Shown: piece by piece, positions 54,337 through 64,000 of the stretch | Position numbering within the stretch: position 1 is the first letter of the stretch | Layout of the letters: each line of letters starts with the position of its first letter | Origin: a bacterium UBP11_UBA4055 | Lineage (GTDB): Bacteria; UBA4055 | Assembly (NCBI GenBank): GCA_002382735.1 | Contig: DFZN01000044.1 | Span: forward strand, 93 to 64,092 | Reading direction: 5' to 3' | Length of the DNA: 64,000 nucleotides | The notes under the pieces: generated by a model | The model's input: the letters and a program-made list of their open reading frames with translations, nothing else | What the model was told of the DNA's origin: nothing | Database searches by the model: none | Program-made: the position numbers and the translations under genes

Positions 54337-54788
54337 ACAATCTCCACTTTATTGATCTTGTTCTTGTTGATATATACTTTTTTACTGTCCTTCATAAAGG
54401 TCAGAAAATTCCTTTCAGTGTTGAGAAAATCTATAGCTCTGGACCTGTTGCCCGGAAGGTCCTCGTGTATTGTAAAATTTATTTTCTCTCCCGTTATGAA
54501 CTGGATGCAAAGACTTTCTTTATCGGGATTCTCCTCAACCTCCTCAATCTCTGATATGTAGAATATTGAATCTATATTCAGAATAGCGAATTTCTGATCG
54601 CCGTTCATGACCATCGCCGGGATGAACTGGGCTTTGTCGTTCAATACATCAAGAACTGTTTCCTCCCCCGTATGATGAGCTGAAAAAAGGTTCAGGAAAA
54701 GTATCATGTTCGTTTTCTTTATAAATCCTCCGTCCTTGAAGGCGATCTCGACTTCCTTCTTCTGTTTTGGGATGTTAAGGTCTTCCAT
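54333..54788 (-). CDS. Hypothetical protein (151 aa)
   Basis: ORF overlapping pilT start by 4 bp and the upstream M20 gene by 14 bp. No motif recognised. Confidence 0.4.
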   Translation of the reverse strand: MEDLNIPKQKKEVEIAFKDGGFIKKTNMILFLNLFSAHHTGEETVLDVLNDKAQFIPAMVMNGDQKFAILNIDSIFYISEIEEVEENPDKESLCIQFITGEKINFTIHEDLPGNRSRAIDFLNTERNFLTFMKDSKKVYINKNKINKVEIV

Positions 54789-55938
54789 TTATTGACTCCG
54801 TTTTTGAATTGAAGTTCTCAAGTAATTTGCTGAAATATAAAAATCCAACCATCATGGCTTTCTCATCCGGATTGTACGACTGATGATGAAGACCGAAAGA
54901 TGTATTGACATCATTCCCTGCGCCCAGCCACGCGATTGCTCCCGGAATTTTTCGGATCATGAACCCGAAATCTTCTCCTGTCATCTTCTTTTCGCAATCC
55001 GTAACCGTAATCCCTTTTCCGAAATCCGTCCTTTTTACTTTTTCGGCTATACTCTTATGATTTATTGCAGGAATATATTCGCTGTGTATGATCAGTTTTG
55101 CTTTTATCCCGAAAGCGATAGATACTGAATTACCCGCGTCTTTGAGTTTCTCTTTTATTCTTGCCAGATCGTCTTCATAATAAGACCTCGCAGTACCTTT
55201 AATAATTGCAGATGAGGGAAGAATGTTAGCCGCTTCTCCTGCATGGATCATGCCTATTGAAATAACATTTTCTTTTAATGGATCAAGAAATCTCGGTTCG
55301 ATGGTATTGACAAGATTGACAAGAAAAGTGGAGGCTGTCACGAGGTCGTTATTCTGATGAGGTACTGCCGCATGGCCTCCTTTTCCGGAAAGATTGTATT
55401 CGAACTCTATCGTCCCTGCGAACATCTTGCCGTCGTTGAGAGCAACAGTCCCGACCGGGAATTCGACAGTATTATGAACAGCATAGGCTTCAGTTGTTCT
55501 GTATTTTTCGAACAATCCCTCTTTCACCATCATCTCTCCGCCTCCGAAACCTTCTTCAGCAGGCTGGAATATCAGAAGAATATTTTTCTTCGGCTTCGAA
55601 CGCTCAATATACTCGGCGAAGGTAAGCATGATGCTCATGTGAAGGTCGTGACCGCAGGCGTGCATGAATCCTTCATGTACGGAGGCGAAATCCAAGCCTG
55701 TTTCCTCTCTTATTTTCAATCCGTCAATATCAGTTCTGAACGCGATAAAATCATCCTGACCGCCATACTCATATACGGCAATAAGACCCGTTCTTGCCAT
55801 ATTTTCTATTCTGAACGAACTTAAGCCGGAAATAACTTCCCGTAAGTAATCTCCCGTTTTAAATTCGCTGAAGGCTGTTTCAGGTATCTTATGCAGCTCC
55901 CTACGGTGTTGAACAAGTCGCTCAAAAATATCTGTCAT
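54775..55938 (-). CDS. M20D-family amidohydrolase (N-acyl-amino-acid / N-acetyl-diaminopimelate deacetylase-like)
   Basis: HACGHDLH metal-binding motif, PAEEGFGGGEMM, 387 aa. Confidence 0.7.
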   Translation of the reverse strand: MTDIFERLVQHRRELHKIPETAFSEFKTGDYLREVISGLSSFRIENMARTGLIAVYEYGGQDDFIAFRTDIDGLKIREETGLDFASVHEGFMHACGHDLHMSIMLTFAEYIERSKPKKNILLIFQPAEEGFGGGEMMVKEGLFEKYRTTEAYAVHNTVEFPVGTVALNDGKMFAGTIEFEYNLSGKGGHAAVPHQNNDLVTASTFLVNLVNTIEPRFLDPLKENVISIGMIHAGEAANILPSSAIIKGTARSYYEDDLARIKEKLKDAGNSVSIAFGIKAKLIIHSEYIPAINHKSIAEKVKRTDFGKGITVTDCEKKMTGEDFGFMIRKIPGAIAWLGAGNDVNTSFGLHHQSYNPDEKAMMVGFLYFSKLLENFNSKTESINGRP

Positions 55939-56054
55939 AAATCACTTTCCTTTAAAAATTGTGCCTTCAATGAATATAATTTCTACTTCCTGCCAATTCA
56001 AGTTAAATCTATAAAATATTTCTCAGAATTTCTCTCATTTTCTCTGCATGAAAT

Positions 56055-57779
56055 TTAAGATTGAACCGCGCCTTGAGCTCTGATGAGGTCGCGTAGAGTA
56101 ACTATCCCGACGATATTTTCCGGCTGCCTTTCCAGAACCGTAAGGACATAAATGTCGTACTCTATGAACCTGTTGCCGATGTCTTTAAGGCTTTCGTCTG
56201 AATAGCATATACCGGCCTTGTGTACAGGTGGCATTACTTTATCTTTTAAGGAATTCTGCATTTCTATTCTGCCCATGATCCCTTCAAGTCTGCCGTCAAT
56301 AATCAGCGGGAATGCTTTGTAAGGATGCGATTCTAGGCTGTTTTCGACATCTGAAAGACTCAATCCGGGAACATAAGCGACCTTCGGATTCATAATTACC
56401 GATATCGGAAGATTCTGCCAGCCCTGAAGGTCAACAGGAGGTTTAATTTTGTGGAATTCGTGCCCGTCCTGAATAAGCAGAGCTTCATAGAAGTTCATTC
56501 CTGAGAACTTTTTCGCAACCGCCTGACTTATTATTATTCCGATCATTAGAGCGGGAACAAGCTCGAACTGGTGTGTCATTTCGAAAACTATGAGAACGGA
56601 TGTCAGAGGCGCATGAAGCAGGCCCCCGAGATATGCACTCATTCCGACTGCTGCAAGTACAATATGGTCGGCAGTGGTCAACGGCAACCAGATGTCAGCT
56701 ATCCCTGCGATAAAGAATCCGCAGAAAGCTCCGATAAAAAGTGATGGCGCGAATATTCCTCCACAGCCGCCGAAACTGTAGCTTCCCCATGTTGCGAGCA
56801 GTTTTCCCGCAAGAAGGATTCCTGCTACCTGCCAGCCTATCCTGTTGCTCATTGCTTCGGAAAGATCCTGATATCCGAGCCCGAATACACCAATTTTATC
56901 AGTTGCCAGATACACCGTGATCCCTATTATCCATGTGATCAGACCGCCGAACAGCGGAAGCAGCCATCCGGGAATTCTTTTCTGCCTTTTTAATTTGTAG
57001 CGGTATTGAAGGGTGAATTTCTGATACATTGACGCAAGATATGATGATGCGGCGGCAACAAATGGTACGACAGCATAATGGAACCAGCTTATATTCTCGA
57101 TAGAGGGCAGCGAGAATGCCGGCTGCCTTCCCAGCGTGGCATACACGACGAACGCGCCGACGACCGAAGATAGCACTACCCTGCCCAGATATCTGTTGTT
57201 CAGATCACCGACTATCTCCTCAATCACAAAACTTATAGCGGCAAGAGGTGTATTGAAAGCGGCTGCAAGACCTGCTGATGCGCCTATCAGGTTGGCGGCT
57301 CTTTTATTTCTTGGAGAGCCTCCGAGTAATCCATCCAAATTCGTCGCAATACTGCTTCCGATAAAAACTGAAGGTCCCTCCCTTCCAAGACTGTTTCCTC
57401 CGCCTATGCTTAGGGCACCGGCAATGAATTTGATGATCGCTGGTCTGATCTTAATATTTCCCATTTGTTTCCAGTATGAAGACTTGACCTGAGGTATCCC
57501 GCTTCCGGCCGCTTCCGGGCTCAATACGAATAACAAAAAACCCACGATCAGTGAAGTGACCGATATCATTAAAAAACTGGCGACAACAAAATATATCTTA
57601 GATTCCTCCGCGAACCGAAGATAAGTAAGCGCGAATATTTTTTTTACCGTGAACATGAACACTACAGCCGAAAGAGCTGCAGCCATACTGAGAATTAGAG
57701 TAACTATTATTGGTCTGGTATTCTCAGGGATCCGCTGCAGGATCGAAGACATAAAACTCTTAAGTTTTCTAAAAGGCAT
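56055..57779 (-). CDS. ClC-family chloride channel / H+-Cl- antiporter with C-terminal CBS pair
   Basis: GSGIPQ, GREGP, GGLLHAPLTSVLIVFEMT selectivity-filter motifs. Two CBS domains in the last ~130 aa. Confidence 0.85.
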   Translation of the reverse strand: MPFRKLKSFMSSILQRIPENTRPIIVTLILSMAAALSAVVFMFTVKKIFALTYLRFAEESKIYFVVASFLMISVTSLIVGFLLFVLSPEAAGSGIPQVKSSYWKQMGNIKIRPAIIKFIAGALSIGGGNSLGREGPSVFIGSSIATNLDGLLGGSPRNKRAANLIGASAGLAAAFNTPLAAISFVIEEIVGDLNNRYLGRVVLSSVVGAFVVYATLGRQPAFSLPSIENISWFHYAVVPFVAAASSYLASMYQKFTLQYRYKLKRQKRIPGWLLPLFGGLITWIIGITVYLATDKIGVFGLGYQDLSEAMSNRIGWQVAGILLAGKLLATWGSYSFGGCGGIFAPSLFIGAFCGFFIAGIADIWLPLTTADHIVLAAVGMSAYLGGLLHAPLTSVLIVFEMTHQFELVPALMIGIIISQAVAKKFSGMNFYEALLIQDGHEFHKIKPPVDLQGWQNLPISVIMNPKVAYVPGLSLSDVENSLESHPYKAFPLIIDGRLEGIMGRIEMQNSLKDKVMPPVHKAGICYSDESLKDIGNRFIEYDIYVLTVLERQPENIVGIVTLRDLIRAQGAVQS

Positions 57780-58518
57780 CGTCTGCCGCCCCGAATATTA
57801 ACTCAGTAACTTCCTGCCAGTTGTTTGCCGTGAAATCTGCGGTGGTTAACTCCCTGTCATCGTTCCGGAAGCCCGTAAAAAGTATCGAGTGCATTCCTGA
57901 CGATCTTGCTCCGAGAATATCCTTATCCTCCCTGTCCCCTATGTGCACCATCTCGTCAGTCCTGCGGCCGGCTTTCTCAGAAGCGAGCCTGAAAGCCCTC
58001 TCATCAGGTTTTGAATAACCGGTCTCGTCGGAGAACACGCCGTAATGAAAACGATCAAGCAGATCATTCTTATCCAGAGCCTTTCTCAGCTCTCTTCCCG
58101 GCTCGAAACCCGTATCAGATATTATTATTATCTTATATTTTTCCGATAATTTCCTGATCGAATCAGCAATATCTGCACTTAGATCAAAATATTTCTCGGT
58201 AATTAAGCTTTCGTTAAAACTTACAAGTTCGGAAAAATCCCGTTCGTCAAATGCAATACCTGTAAGTTTTTCGATATGCCTGAACATGTCGGGAGTAGTC
58301 GGTGTCTTTCTCTGATTGTGCCATATATCTTCAAAGTGATCGTAGATCGACCTCATCAGTTTTTCAGAAGTATCTAAAGTTAAATCATATTTCCCAAATA
58401 TACGCGATGAATGCTCCACTCTTTCCTGAAATATCTCTTCCGTGAAAGGATAAGGCACTATCGTGTCCCAGAAATCTACAGTTACGGCTTTGATGTTCAA
58501 TGCTGCGATCCTCCTCAT
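57769..58518 (-). CDS. HAD-superfamily hydrolase (subfamily IA-like)
   Basis: VTVDFWDTIV (motif I variant), HIGDREDKDILGARSSG (motif IV). Confidence 0.5.
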   Translation of the reverse strand: MRRIAALNIKAVTVDFWDTIVPYPFTEEIFQERVEHSSRIFGKYDLTLDTSEKLMRSIYDHFEDIWHNQRKTPTTPDMFRHIEKLTGIAFDERDFSELVSFNESLITEKYFDLSADIADSIRKLSEKYKIIIISDTGFEPGRELRKALDKNDLLDRFHYGVFSDETGYSKPDERAFRLASEKAGRRTDEMVHIGDREDKDILGARSSGMHSILFTGFRNDDRELTTADFTANNWQEVTELIFGAADDAF

Positions 58519-58629
58519 TATATACCGACCCTAAATATATGTAATTAATCTTAATCTATCAAGCGCTACAATTAACTTGCAGAAATAATTGTTTTTGGCT
58601 AAATTTATGCAAAAAACGGATGCGGTTAA

Positions 58630-59400
58630 ATGGCTTCAAAAATATTTCATGTCGGTATCGACCTTCACGGAACTCTCATCACCAATAAAGAATTTCTTTC
58701 CGAAGGCTCGGAAAAAGAGCTCAGGGAAGTAATTGAATCAAAACCTGATGACATAAAACTTTATATCTGTACCGGGAATGACCTTCCGTTCGTAAAGCGG
58801 AAACTGGGTGATCTTGCCTCCCTTTTTGACGGGGCAGTACTGGAAACAGGCTGTGTGATCTCTGAAGATATGGAAAAGGAGGAAGTGATCGTTCCCGAGT
58901 CCATCGTTGAGCAGATCAAAGCCCTCGAAAATACTCTGATCGACTGTGATTATCCCGAGATCTATAAGTTCGCAAGAAGACTCTCCACCATAAGTATGTT
59001 CACGAAATATGAATACAGTCTTGAAGAATTTTTTCAGAAGATAAGCATTGAGCTTAAATACATCGATTTCGCAAGAGTTACCCGTTCGAGCGTCGCTGTG
59101 GACATTATACCCGCAAAGAGGGACAAATTCAACGGGATAGAATATTTCGGCAAGGGCAGCGGAGTTTTTGTTTCCGTGGCTGATTCTTTAAACGATCTTG
59201 AATGGCTTAAGAAATCAGATATTTCATACATGCCGGGAAACGCAGACCCTGTGACTATAGGTCTGCTTGAAAAGTCAAAACAGAGAGAATCTCTCAGGGC
59301 TTCATTGAATAATAAAAGCCTGTACATAAGCGAAAGAACTGAAACTTTCGGTGTTATTGATATATTAAGAGATCTTTTTGATAATTACAGATCGTTCTGA
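58630..59400 (+). CDS. HAD-IIB (Cof/SPP-like) hydrolase
   Basis: HVGIDLHGTLI (motif I), 256 aa, C-terminal SVADSLNDLEWLK (motif IV). Confidence 0.5.
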   Translation: MASKIFHVGIDLHGTLITNKEFLSEGSEKELREVIESKPDDIKLYICTGNDLPFVKRKLGDLASLFDGAVLETGCVISEDMEKEEVIVPESIVEQIKALENTLIDCDYPEIYKFARRLSTISMFTKYEYSLEEFFQKISIELKYIDFARVTRSSVAVDIIPAKRDKFNGIEYFGKGSGVFVSVADSLNDLEWLKKSDISYMPGNADPVTIGLLEKSKQRESLRASLNNKSLYISERTETFGVIDILRDLFDNYRSF

Positions 59401-60347
59401 TCCAGCATTGAATTGGCCGCTTCAAGATCGATTCTTTTGTCGCTGATATAAATGTTCATATCGTTAATAAGATCTTTTTTTATCAGGCCAACCAGTTTTT
59501 CCTGTCTGAATACAGAGCCGTGAAGTACTACGAAAGGAGCTTTTCTGCCGATATGTTCCGAACAGTTCCTTACAAGTTCGATAAGCTCGGCGGCTCCCCT
59601 CTCAACTATCCCGCCGGCAACTTTACATCCGTTTTCGGCAGCCGTAAAAACCAGCTCGGATGCGGAAGAAATAACCGATTTCGGATCTCCTTTGTAAATT
59701 ATATCGAAAACATCTTCCGTACTCTGAATACCGAAATGCTCTCTGACCATTTCTTCAAGAACAGATCCGTGTCCGTAATGATAATGCGATCTGAGCGCTG
59801 CTTTAACAGCCTCTTTTCCGAACCAGAATCCCGAGCCGGCGTCATCGATCAGATATCCGAACCCTCCTGTCCTGAAAAGATCTCCGTTCTGATCTTTTCC
59901 ATAGCATATACTTCCCGTTCCCGATACGAGCAGGAGCCCCGGTTTTTCGGCGAAATATACATTGAGGGTCAGAAGTGCATCAGAATTTATGATCAGATAA
60001 TCTATTGAAATATCATATCCCAGCGAGGCTTTTTTAAAAACATTTCTGAACCTTGTCTCATAATCGTCTGAAGAGGTTCCGGCAAAACCTGCAGTGATAT
60101 TAATTACGGTTTTGATCCTTAACCTGTCTTTCAGGTTTAAGAATGCGTCTCTGAACATGAATAGAACATTGTCCTCGAATTCGTCACCATTGAGAAGGTT
60201 TGAAGGTCCGTAGCCGCCTGAAAACACGATTCTGCCCTCTTTATCGAGTATGCTGATATTGGTTTTTGTTCCGCCTCCGTCTATACCCATATAAAGAACT
60301 GAGGGACCGTAAGCCTTATTTTCCTGGCCGGACGGCAGATCAGTCAT
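59385..60347 (-). CDS. BadF/BadG/BcrA/BcrD-type ATPase (N-acetylglucosamine-kinase-like)
   Basis: LYMGIDGGGTKTNISILD (ASKHA phosphate-1), LVSGTGSICYG, GGIVERG. Confidence 0.7.
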   Translation of the reverse strand: MTDLPSGQENKAYGPSVLYMGIDGGGTKTNISILDKEGRIVFSGGYGPSNLLNGDEFEDNVLFMFRDAFLNLKDRLRIKTVINITAGFAGTSSDDYETRFRNVFKKASLGYDISIDYLIINSDALLTLNVYFAEKPGLLLVSGTGSICYGKDQNGDLFRTGGFGYLIDDAGSGFWFGKEAVKAALRSHYHYGHGSVLEEMVREHFGIQSTEDVFDIIYKGDPKSVISSASELVFTAAENGCKVAGGIVERGAAELIELVRNCSEHIGRKAPFVVLHGSVFRQEKLVGLIKKDLINDMNIYISDKRIDLEAANSMLDQNDL

Positions 60348-61155
60348 TCAAATATCCGCTTATAAATTCAATCTTCTGCATTATTATCATTATCCCCCTT
60401 CTTTCAGGCAGTGCTCCCACTATATGATCAAGTTTCCTTATCGTATCGTTAGCTTTTTCGGTCGGCAGAACGACGATCAGGATCTTATGGAACTTCGTGC
60501 TTTTATCCGACCATATTTTCCCGAAGAAAGCACTCTCTTTCATGAACTTCTTTGCGTCTGTTCCCTCTATTATAGAAATATCCCTGTCCTTTAGTTCTGA
60601 AAGTATATCCATTATCTCATGGAATTTCTTTTCGACCTGGCAGAATATCCTCAGCATGGAATATTCTTCTTTCTGCTTTTTATCCTTACCGGCCGGCAGA
60701 GCGTATTTCAGAAATCTCTCCCTTACGGCTATCGAGTTGAGCTGAGAACTTATATCATCCATCGCACCGGGCTGTCTTAAAGTGCCTGAAACCTGCGACA
60801 GGAAACGGATATGCTGGTTCCTCTTTTTTTCAGGAGCAATAATGAAGACCAGAAACTTTACAGGTTTGCTGTCCATAGCCTCGAACTCTGCGCCGTCGGG
60901 ATAAATTATTATACCGATTATGAACTCGTCAATGTTAGAAAGCGCGCAATGCGGTATGGCTATGTTGTTGCCGAACCCTGTGCTGCCCAGCTCTTCCCTG
61001 TCCCTCAGCTTTCTCAATATCTCGGTCTTGGAGTGAACTCCGGGGCCGGTACTTCTCAGCACGAGCTCGGCTATCTGGTTCAAAACTTCATCTTTTGTGT
61101 GATGTCCTGAAATAATTTCAATAAGTTCCGGCTTAATATAATCGGATATGTCCAT
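60340..61155 (-). CDS. PTS EIIA type-2 (PtsN/EIIA-Ntr-like) domain protein with about 120-aa C-terminal extension
   Basis: ELGSTGFGNNIAIPHCAL (active-site His context of EIIA-Ntr), N-terminal 150 aa collinear with PtsN. Confidence 0.6.
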   Translation of the reverse strand: MDISDYIKPELIEIISGHHTKDEVLNQIAELVLRSTGPGVHSKTEILRKLRDREELGSTGFGNNIAIPHCALSNIDEFIIGIIIYPDGAEFEAMDSKPVKFLVFIIAPEKKRNQHIRFLSQVSGTLRQPGAMDDISSQLNSIAVRERFLKYALPAGKDKKQKEEYSMLRIFCQVEKKFHEIMDILSELKDRDISIIEGTDAKKFMKESAFFGKIWSDKSTKFHKILIVVLPTEKANDTIRKLDHIVGALPERRGIMIIMQKIEFISGYLND

Positions 61156-61302
61156 TGGATCTCCATTAATTCTTCTTCATGAAATTTAAACAAATCTGGG
61201 CGGTTCTTCAAGTGGTTTAATCGATATTTTAATAAAAAAACATTAGAGTTTATGAGAATTTATGTTTATTTTTGGCTGTTAATAAAAATGGCGGATCATA
61301 AA

Positions 61303-61959
61303 ATGAAAATTCTTCTCGCTACACATAACAAAAACAAGATCGTAGAGATAACAAAAGCCCTCGAAGGCTGCGGATTTGAAATACTCTCTTTGAACGATAA
61401 TCCTGACCTTCCGGATGTTATCGAGGATGGAGACACTCTCGATCATAATTCACTAAAGAAAGCCAGGGAGATATACGAACATTCCGGAATAATGACCCTT
61501 GCAGACGATACGGGGCTCGAGGTAGAATACCTTAACGGAGAACCCGGCGTTTATTCTGCGAGATGGGCGGGAGAAGGCTGTACTTATGACGACAACAACA
61601 GAAAGATGCTGAAAGAACTCGGGGGAGTACCCGAAGAGAAGAGAAACGCTGAGTTCAGGTGCGTGATCACTCTCTACGGCGACGGTATTCTAAAAACAGC
61701 GGACGGCGTGCTGAAGGGAAGGATCATAAAGGAGCCGAGAGGTGTAAAAGGCTTCGGGTACGACCCTATATTCATGCCTGACGGATACGATATTACACTT
61801 GCCGAGATGTCGATCGAAGACAAAAATAAGATCAGCCACAGGGGAAAAGCGGTCAAACAGATGGTCAAAATAATTAAGGGAATGAAAAAACAAAAGCGCC
61901 GGCATAATGGAAAATACCCGAAAAGCTGGACAAAATGCCGAGACCAACTTAAATTTTAA
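61303..61959 (+). CDS. rdgB: RdgB/HAM1 non-canonical purine NTP pyrophosphatase (start set at MKILLATHN; ORF-track start 61252 is probably too early)
   Basis: KILLATHNKNKIVEI, FGYDPIF, HRGKA motifs. Unusual Lys/Arg-rich C-terminal tail. Confidence 0.75.
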   Translation: MKILLATHNKNKIVEITKALEGCGFEILSLNDNPDLPDVIEDGDTLDHNSLKKAREIYEHSGIMTLADDTGLEVEYLNGEPGVYSARWAGEGCTYDDNNRKMLKELGGVPEEKRNAEFRCVITLYGDGILKTADGVLKGRIIKEPRGVKGFGYDPIFMPDGYDITLAEMSIEDKNKISHRGKAVKQMVKIIKGMKKQKRRHNGKYPKSWTKCRDQLKF

Positions 61960-62030
61960 GATTTATTTATCATTGTTCTTGCTTTCTTCTGCTCAGGGGA
62001 TTATTTTGCCTTCAAATTAAAGGGATGTAA

Positions 62031-63206
62031 ATGAAGACCGCAATACTGAAAAAGGGAAAGGAAAAACAGCCGCTGAACAGGCATTCGTACATTTTTTCGG
62101 GAGCCGTGGAGAAACTTGACAGCTGTATAAGTCCCGGAGAGACAGTAAAAGTATGCGCCCATGACGGAAAGTTCATAGCTTACGGGCATTACAACCCCAC
62201 ATCCGGAATTCTGATCAGGCTGCTCGAATGGGATGAAAATGTAAAAGTCGATCGGGAATGGTACAGGAATAAGATCTCTGATGCTCTGAATTTGAGAGAA
62301 AATATGACCGATGATGAAACGAACGCGGTCAGGCTCATATTCTCCGAAGGGGACTTTCTGCCCGGGCTGATAGTTGACAGATTCGCCGGCACACTTGTGC
62401 TCCAGTCCCACACATCCGGAATGGACAGAGATAAAGGGATAATAGCCGAAGTACTCAAGGGGCTTTTACCGGAAGTGAATTGCATATATGAGAAAAGCGA
62501 CGGGGACGGCAGGCGGATGGAGGGACTGAAGGATTCTGCCGGCGCACTGTTCGGCAGCCTGCCCGAACGGATAGAAGTAGTCGAGAACGGAATAAAATAC
62601 CTTGTTGACATAACATCACAGAAAACGGGATTCTATACGGATCAGAGGACCAACAGGATGATTTTGAGAAAATATGTTAAACCCGGTGATTCCGTTCTCG
62701 ATCTCTTCTGCTTCACGGGCGGTTTCGGGCTGACGGCTGCCGCATCGGGCGCAGAGGTGTGCCTCTGCGATTCATCCGCCGGGTCCTTGCGCGGGGCCGG
62801 AGCGAATTTTGGGCTCAACGGTTTTGCGGCTCCCGAGACGGTCGAGAAAGACTGCTTCGAATATATCCGCGAACTGTACAGAGCCGGTAAACAGTACGAT
62901 ATCATCATTCTTGACCCTCCCAAGCTCATGCCCCGCAAAAAGGACGAGATAAGGGCGTTAAGAGCTTATAAAGACTTAAATTTCAACACGATGAAACTTC
63001 TTAAGCCCGGCGGATACCTTTTCACATTCTCCTGCTCGGGAAATTTCACAATGGATATGTTCAAGGAAATGACAGCCTACTCAGCCAAAGACGCAAAAAG
63101 AACTGTCCGTATAATTGAACAGATGCATCAGGCTCCCGATCACCCCGTAAGCGTGTCCGTACCCGAGACCGAATATCTCAAAGGCCTTGTTCTGAGAGTC
63201 CTTTAA
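62031..63206 (+). CDS. rlmI: 23S rRNA (cytosine-C5) methyltransferase RlmI-like (PUA + class I SAM MTase)
   Basis: N-terminal LKKGKEKQPLNRHSYIFSGAV (RlmI-type PUA start), LDLFCFTGGFGL SAM motif I, DPP motif IV. Confidence 0.75.
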   Translation: MKTAILKKGKEKQPLNRHSYIFSGAVEKLDSCISPGETVKVCAHDGKFIAYGHYNPTSGILIRLLEWDENVKVDREWYRNKISDALNLRENMTDDETNAVRLIFSEGDFLPGLIVDRFAGTLVLQSHTSGMDRDKGIIAEVLKGLLPEVNCIYEKSDGDGRRMEGLKDSAGALFGSLPERIEVVENGIKYLVDITSQKTGFYTDQRTNRMILRKYVKPGDSVLDLFCFTGGFGLTAAASGAEVCLCDSSAGSLRGAGANFGLNGFAAPETVEKDCFEYIRELYRAGKQYDIIILDPPKLMPRKKDEIRALRAYKDLNFNTMKLLKPGGYLFTFSCSGNFTMDMFKEMTAYSAKDAKRTVRIIEQMHQAPDHPVSVSVPETEYLKGLVLRVL

Positions 63207-63281
63207 ATTTTAAAAAATAATACTTGCGTTTTGAACATTTGTTCATTATATTGCCTGTTGAACGGTTAAAAGGAGTACATT

Positions 63282-63722
63282 ATGCCGAGACCTCAAAAGA
63301 ACAGACTTATAAAAGAACCGCCCGTGTTCACGCAGTTCAAAGCTGTAGGAATACCCGGAAGGGTCATGGATAAAGTTGTTCTGTCTCTTGATGAGTACGA
63401 GGCCCTCAGACTTTCGGATTTTGAGGGAATGAGCCAGGAGGAAGCGGCAGACGAAATGGAGATATCAAGGCCTACATTTACAAGACTGATCGAAACCGCG
63501 AGAAAAAAGATATGCGAGATGCTGGTGAACGGAAAAATGCTCGTGATCGACGGAGGTAACATACATTTCAGACAGAATCTTATCAAATGCAGAAATTGCG
63601 GACATATGTTCAATATTAATATAGAAGATGACATCAGACGATGCCCTTCCTGCGGTTCGGGCGAACTGATGAACCTCGCGGGTGGATTCGGGCACGGAAG
63701 ATGTTGCGGAAAAAGGAGGTAA
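63282..63722 (+). CDS. DUF134 (UPF0251) putative DNA-binding protein with C-terminal Zn ribbon
   Basis: MPRPQKNRLIKEPPVFTQFKAVGIP...LSLDEYEALRLSDFEGMSQEEAADEMEISRPTFTRLIETARKK is the DUF134 signature. CRNCGH...CPSCG ribbon. Confidence 0.7.
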   Translation: MPRPQKNRLIKEPPVFTQFKAVGIPGRVMDKVVLSLDEYEALRLSDFEGMSQEEAADEMEISRPTFTRLIETARKKICEMLVNGKMLVIDGGNIHFRQNLIKCRNCGHMFNINIEDDIRRCPSCGSGELMNLAGGFGHGRCCGKRR

Positions 63723-63724
63723 AC

Positions 63725-64000
63725 ATGCCTAGAGGAGACAGAACCGGACCTAACGGAGCCGGACCAATGACCGGAAGAGCACTTGGATATTGCGGGGGCT
63801 ATGACGAACCCGGTTTTACTGCAGGCGGCGGACGAGGAAGAGGAAACGGACGCGGCTACGGCAGAGGTTTTGGCGGAGGTTACGGCCGCGGATATGGAAG
63901 GGGTTTTTCACCCGCATATCCCGATGTGTCCGAAAAAACACTTCTCGAGAACGAGATCAGGGTTCTAAAGGATCAGATGTCGGCTCTTGAAAAAAGACTT
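63725..64000 (+). CDS. DUF5320-family protein (5' partial at window end)
   Basis: Manual translation MPRGDRTGPNGAGPMTGRALGYCGGY...GRGYGRGFGGGYGRGYGRGF...LENEIRVLKDQMSALEKRL, the typical DUF5320 Gly/Arg-rich start and C-terminal coiled coil. The ORF-track entry 63783..63968 is in the wrong frame. Confidence 0.55.
   Translation, partial: MPRGDRTGPNGAGPMTGRALGYCGGYDEPGFTAGGGRGRGNGRGYGRGFGGGYGRGYGRGFSPAYPDVSEKTLLENEIRVLKDQMSALEKRL

Noticed and set aside
61252-61302. N-terminal extension of rdgB (MRIYVYFWLLIKMADHK)
   Set aside because: RdgB/HAM1 proteins begin right at the KILLATxNxxK strand. The extension is hydrophobic junk preceding a better-placed ATG at 61303.
63783-63968. ORF-track entry MDIAGAM... 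(61 aa, plus strand)
   Set aside because: It is out of frame relative to the convincing DUF5320 reading frame that starts at 63725 (MPRGDRTGPNGAGPMTGR...).
1-64000. CRISPR array
   Set aside because: No regularly spaced short direct repeats. The only multi-copy short repeat (the 50-bp palindromic element) has three widely separated copies kb apart.

Overview
Low-GC bacterial chromosomal segment with two very different halves. Positions 1-39200 form a dense, mosaic anti-phage defence/accessory island, almost entirely on the minus strand and littered with gene fragments and short duplicated junction sequences. Positions 39279-64000 are ordinary core genes: peptidases (one with a T9SS C-terminal sorting domain), dapH, rex, sppA, DAG-kinase-like, asparaginase, DUF2723 membrane protein, PilT-like ATPase, ClC channel, HAD hydrolases, sugar kinase, PtsN-like EIIA, RdgB, RlmI, DUF134 and DUF5320. 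The island carries several TA-like modules (two DUF4160/DUF2442 pairs, Panacea-domain gene plus small partner, HigA-like, RelE/YoeB-like plus Zn-ribbon, MazF-like, AbiEi/AbiEii), a Pif1/RecD-like helicase, a protein made of six tandem Zn-ribbon repeats, a strongly viperin-like radical SAM enzyme next to an 871-aa ankyrin-repeat protein, an uncharacterised membrane/coiled-coil cassette, an IS200/IS605 remnant and a GHKL ATPase plus DUF4145 pair. It also carries a rearranged Type I R-M locus (hsdR-hsdM-DUF1016-unknown-hsdS) with a second DUF1016 copy, a FGE-sulfatase-domain gene and an orphan hsdS 3' fragment. The most unusual element is a tightly packed four-gene operon at 24526-29229: DUF1883-TIR, ABC-type ATPase, HNH nuclease, SIR2. 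This looks like a Septu-like PtuA/PtuB core bracketed by Thoeris-like TIR and SIR2 NADase-domain genes. All calls come from reading the translated ORFs and the DNA by eye; no database searches were run.
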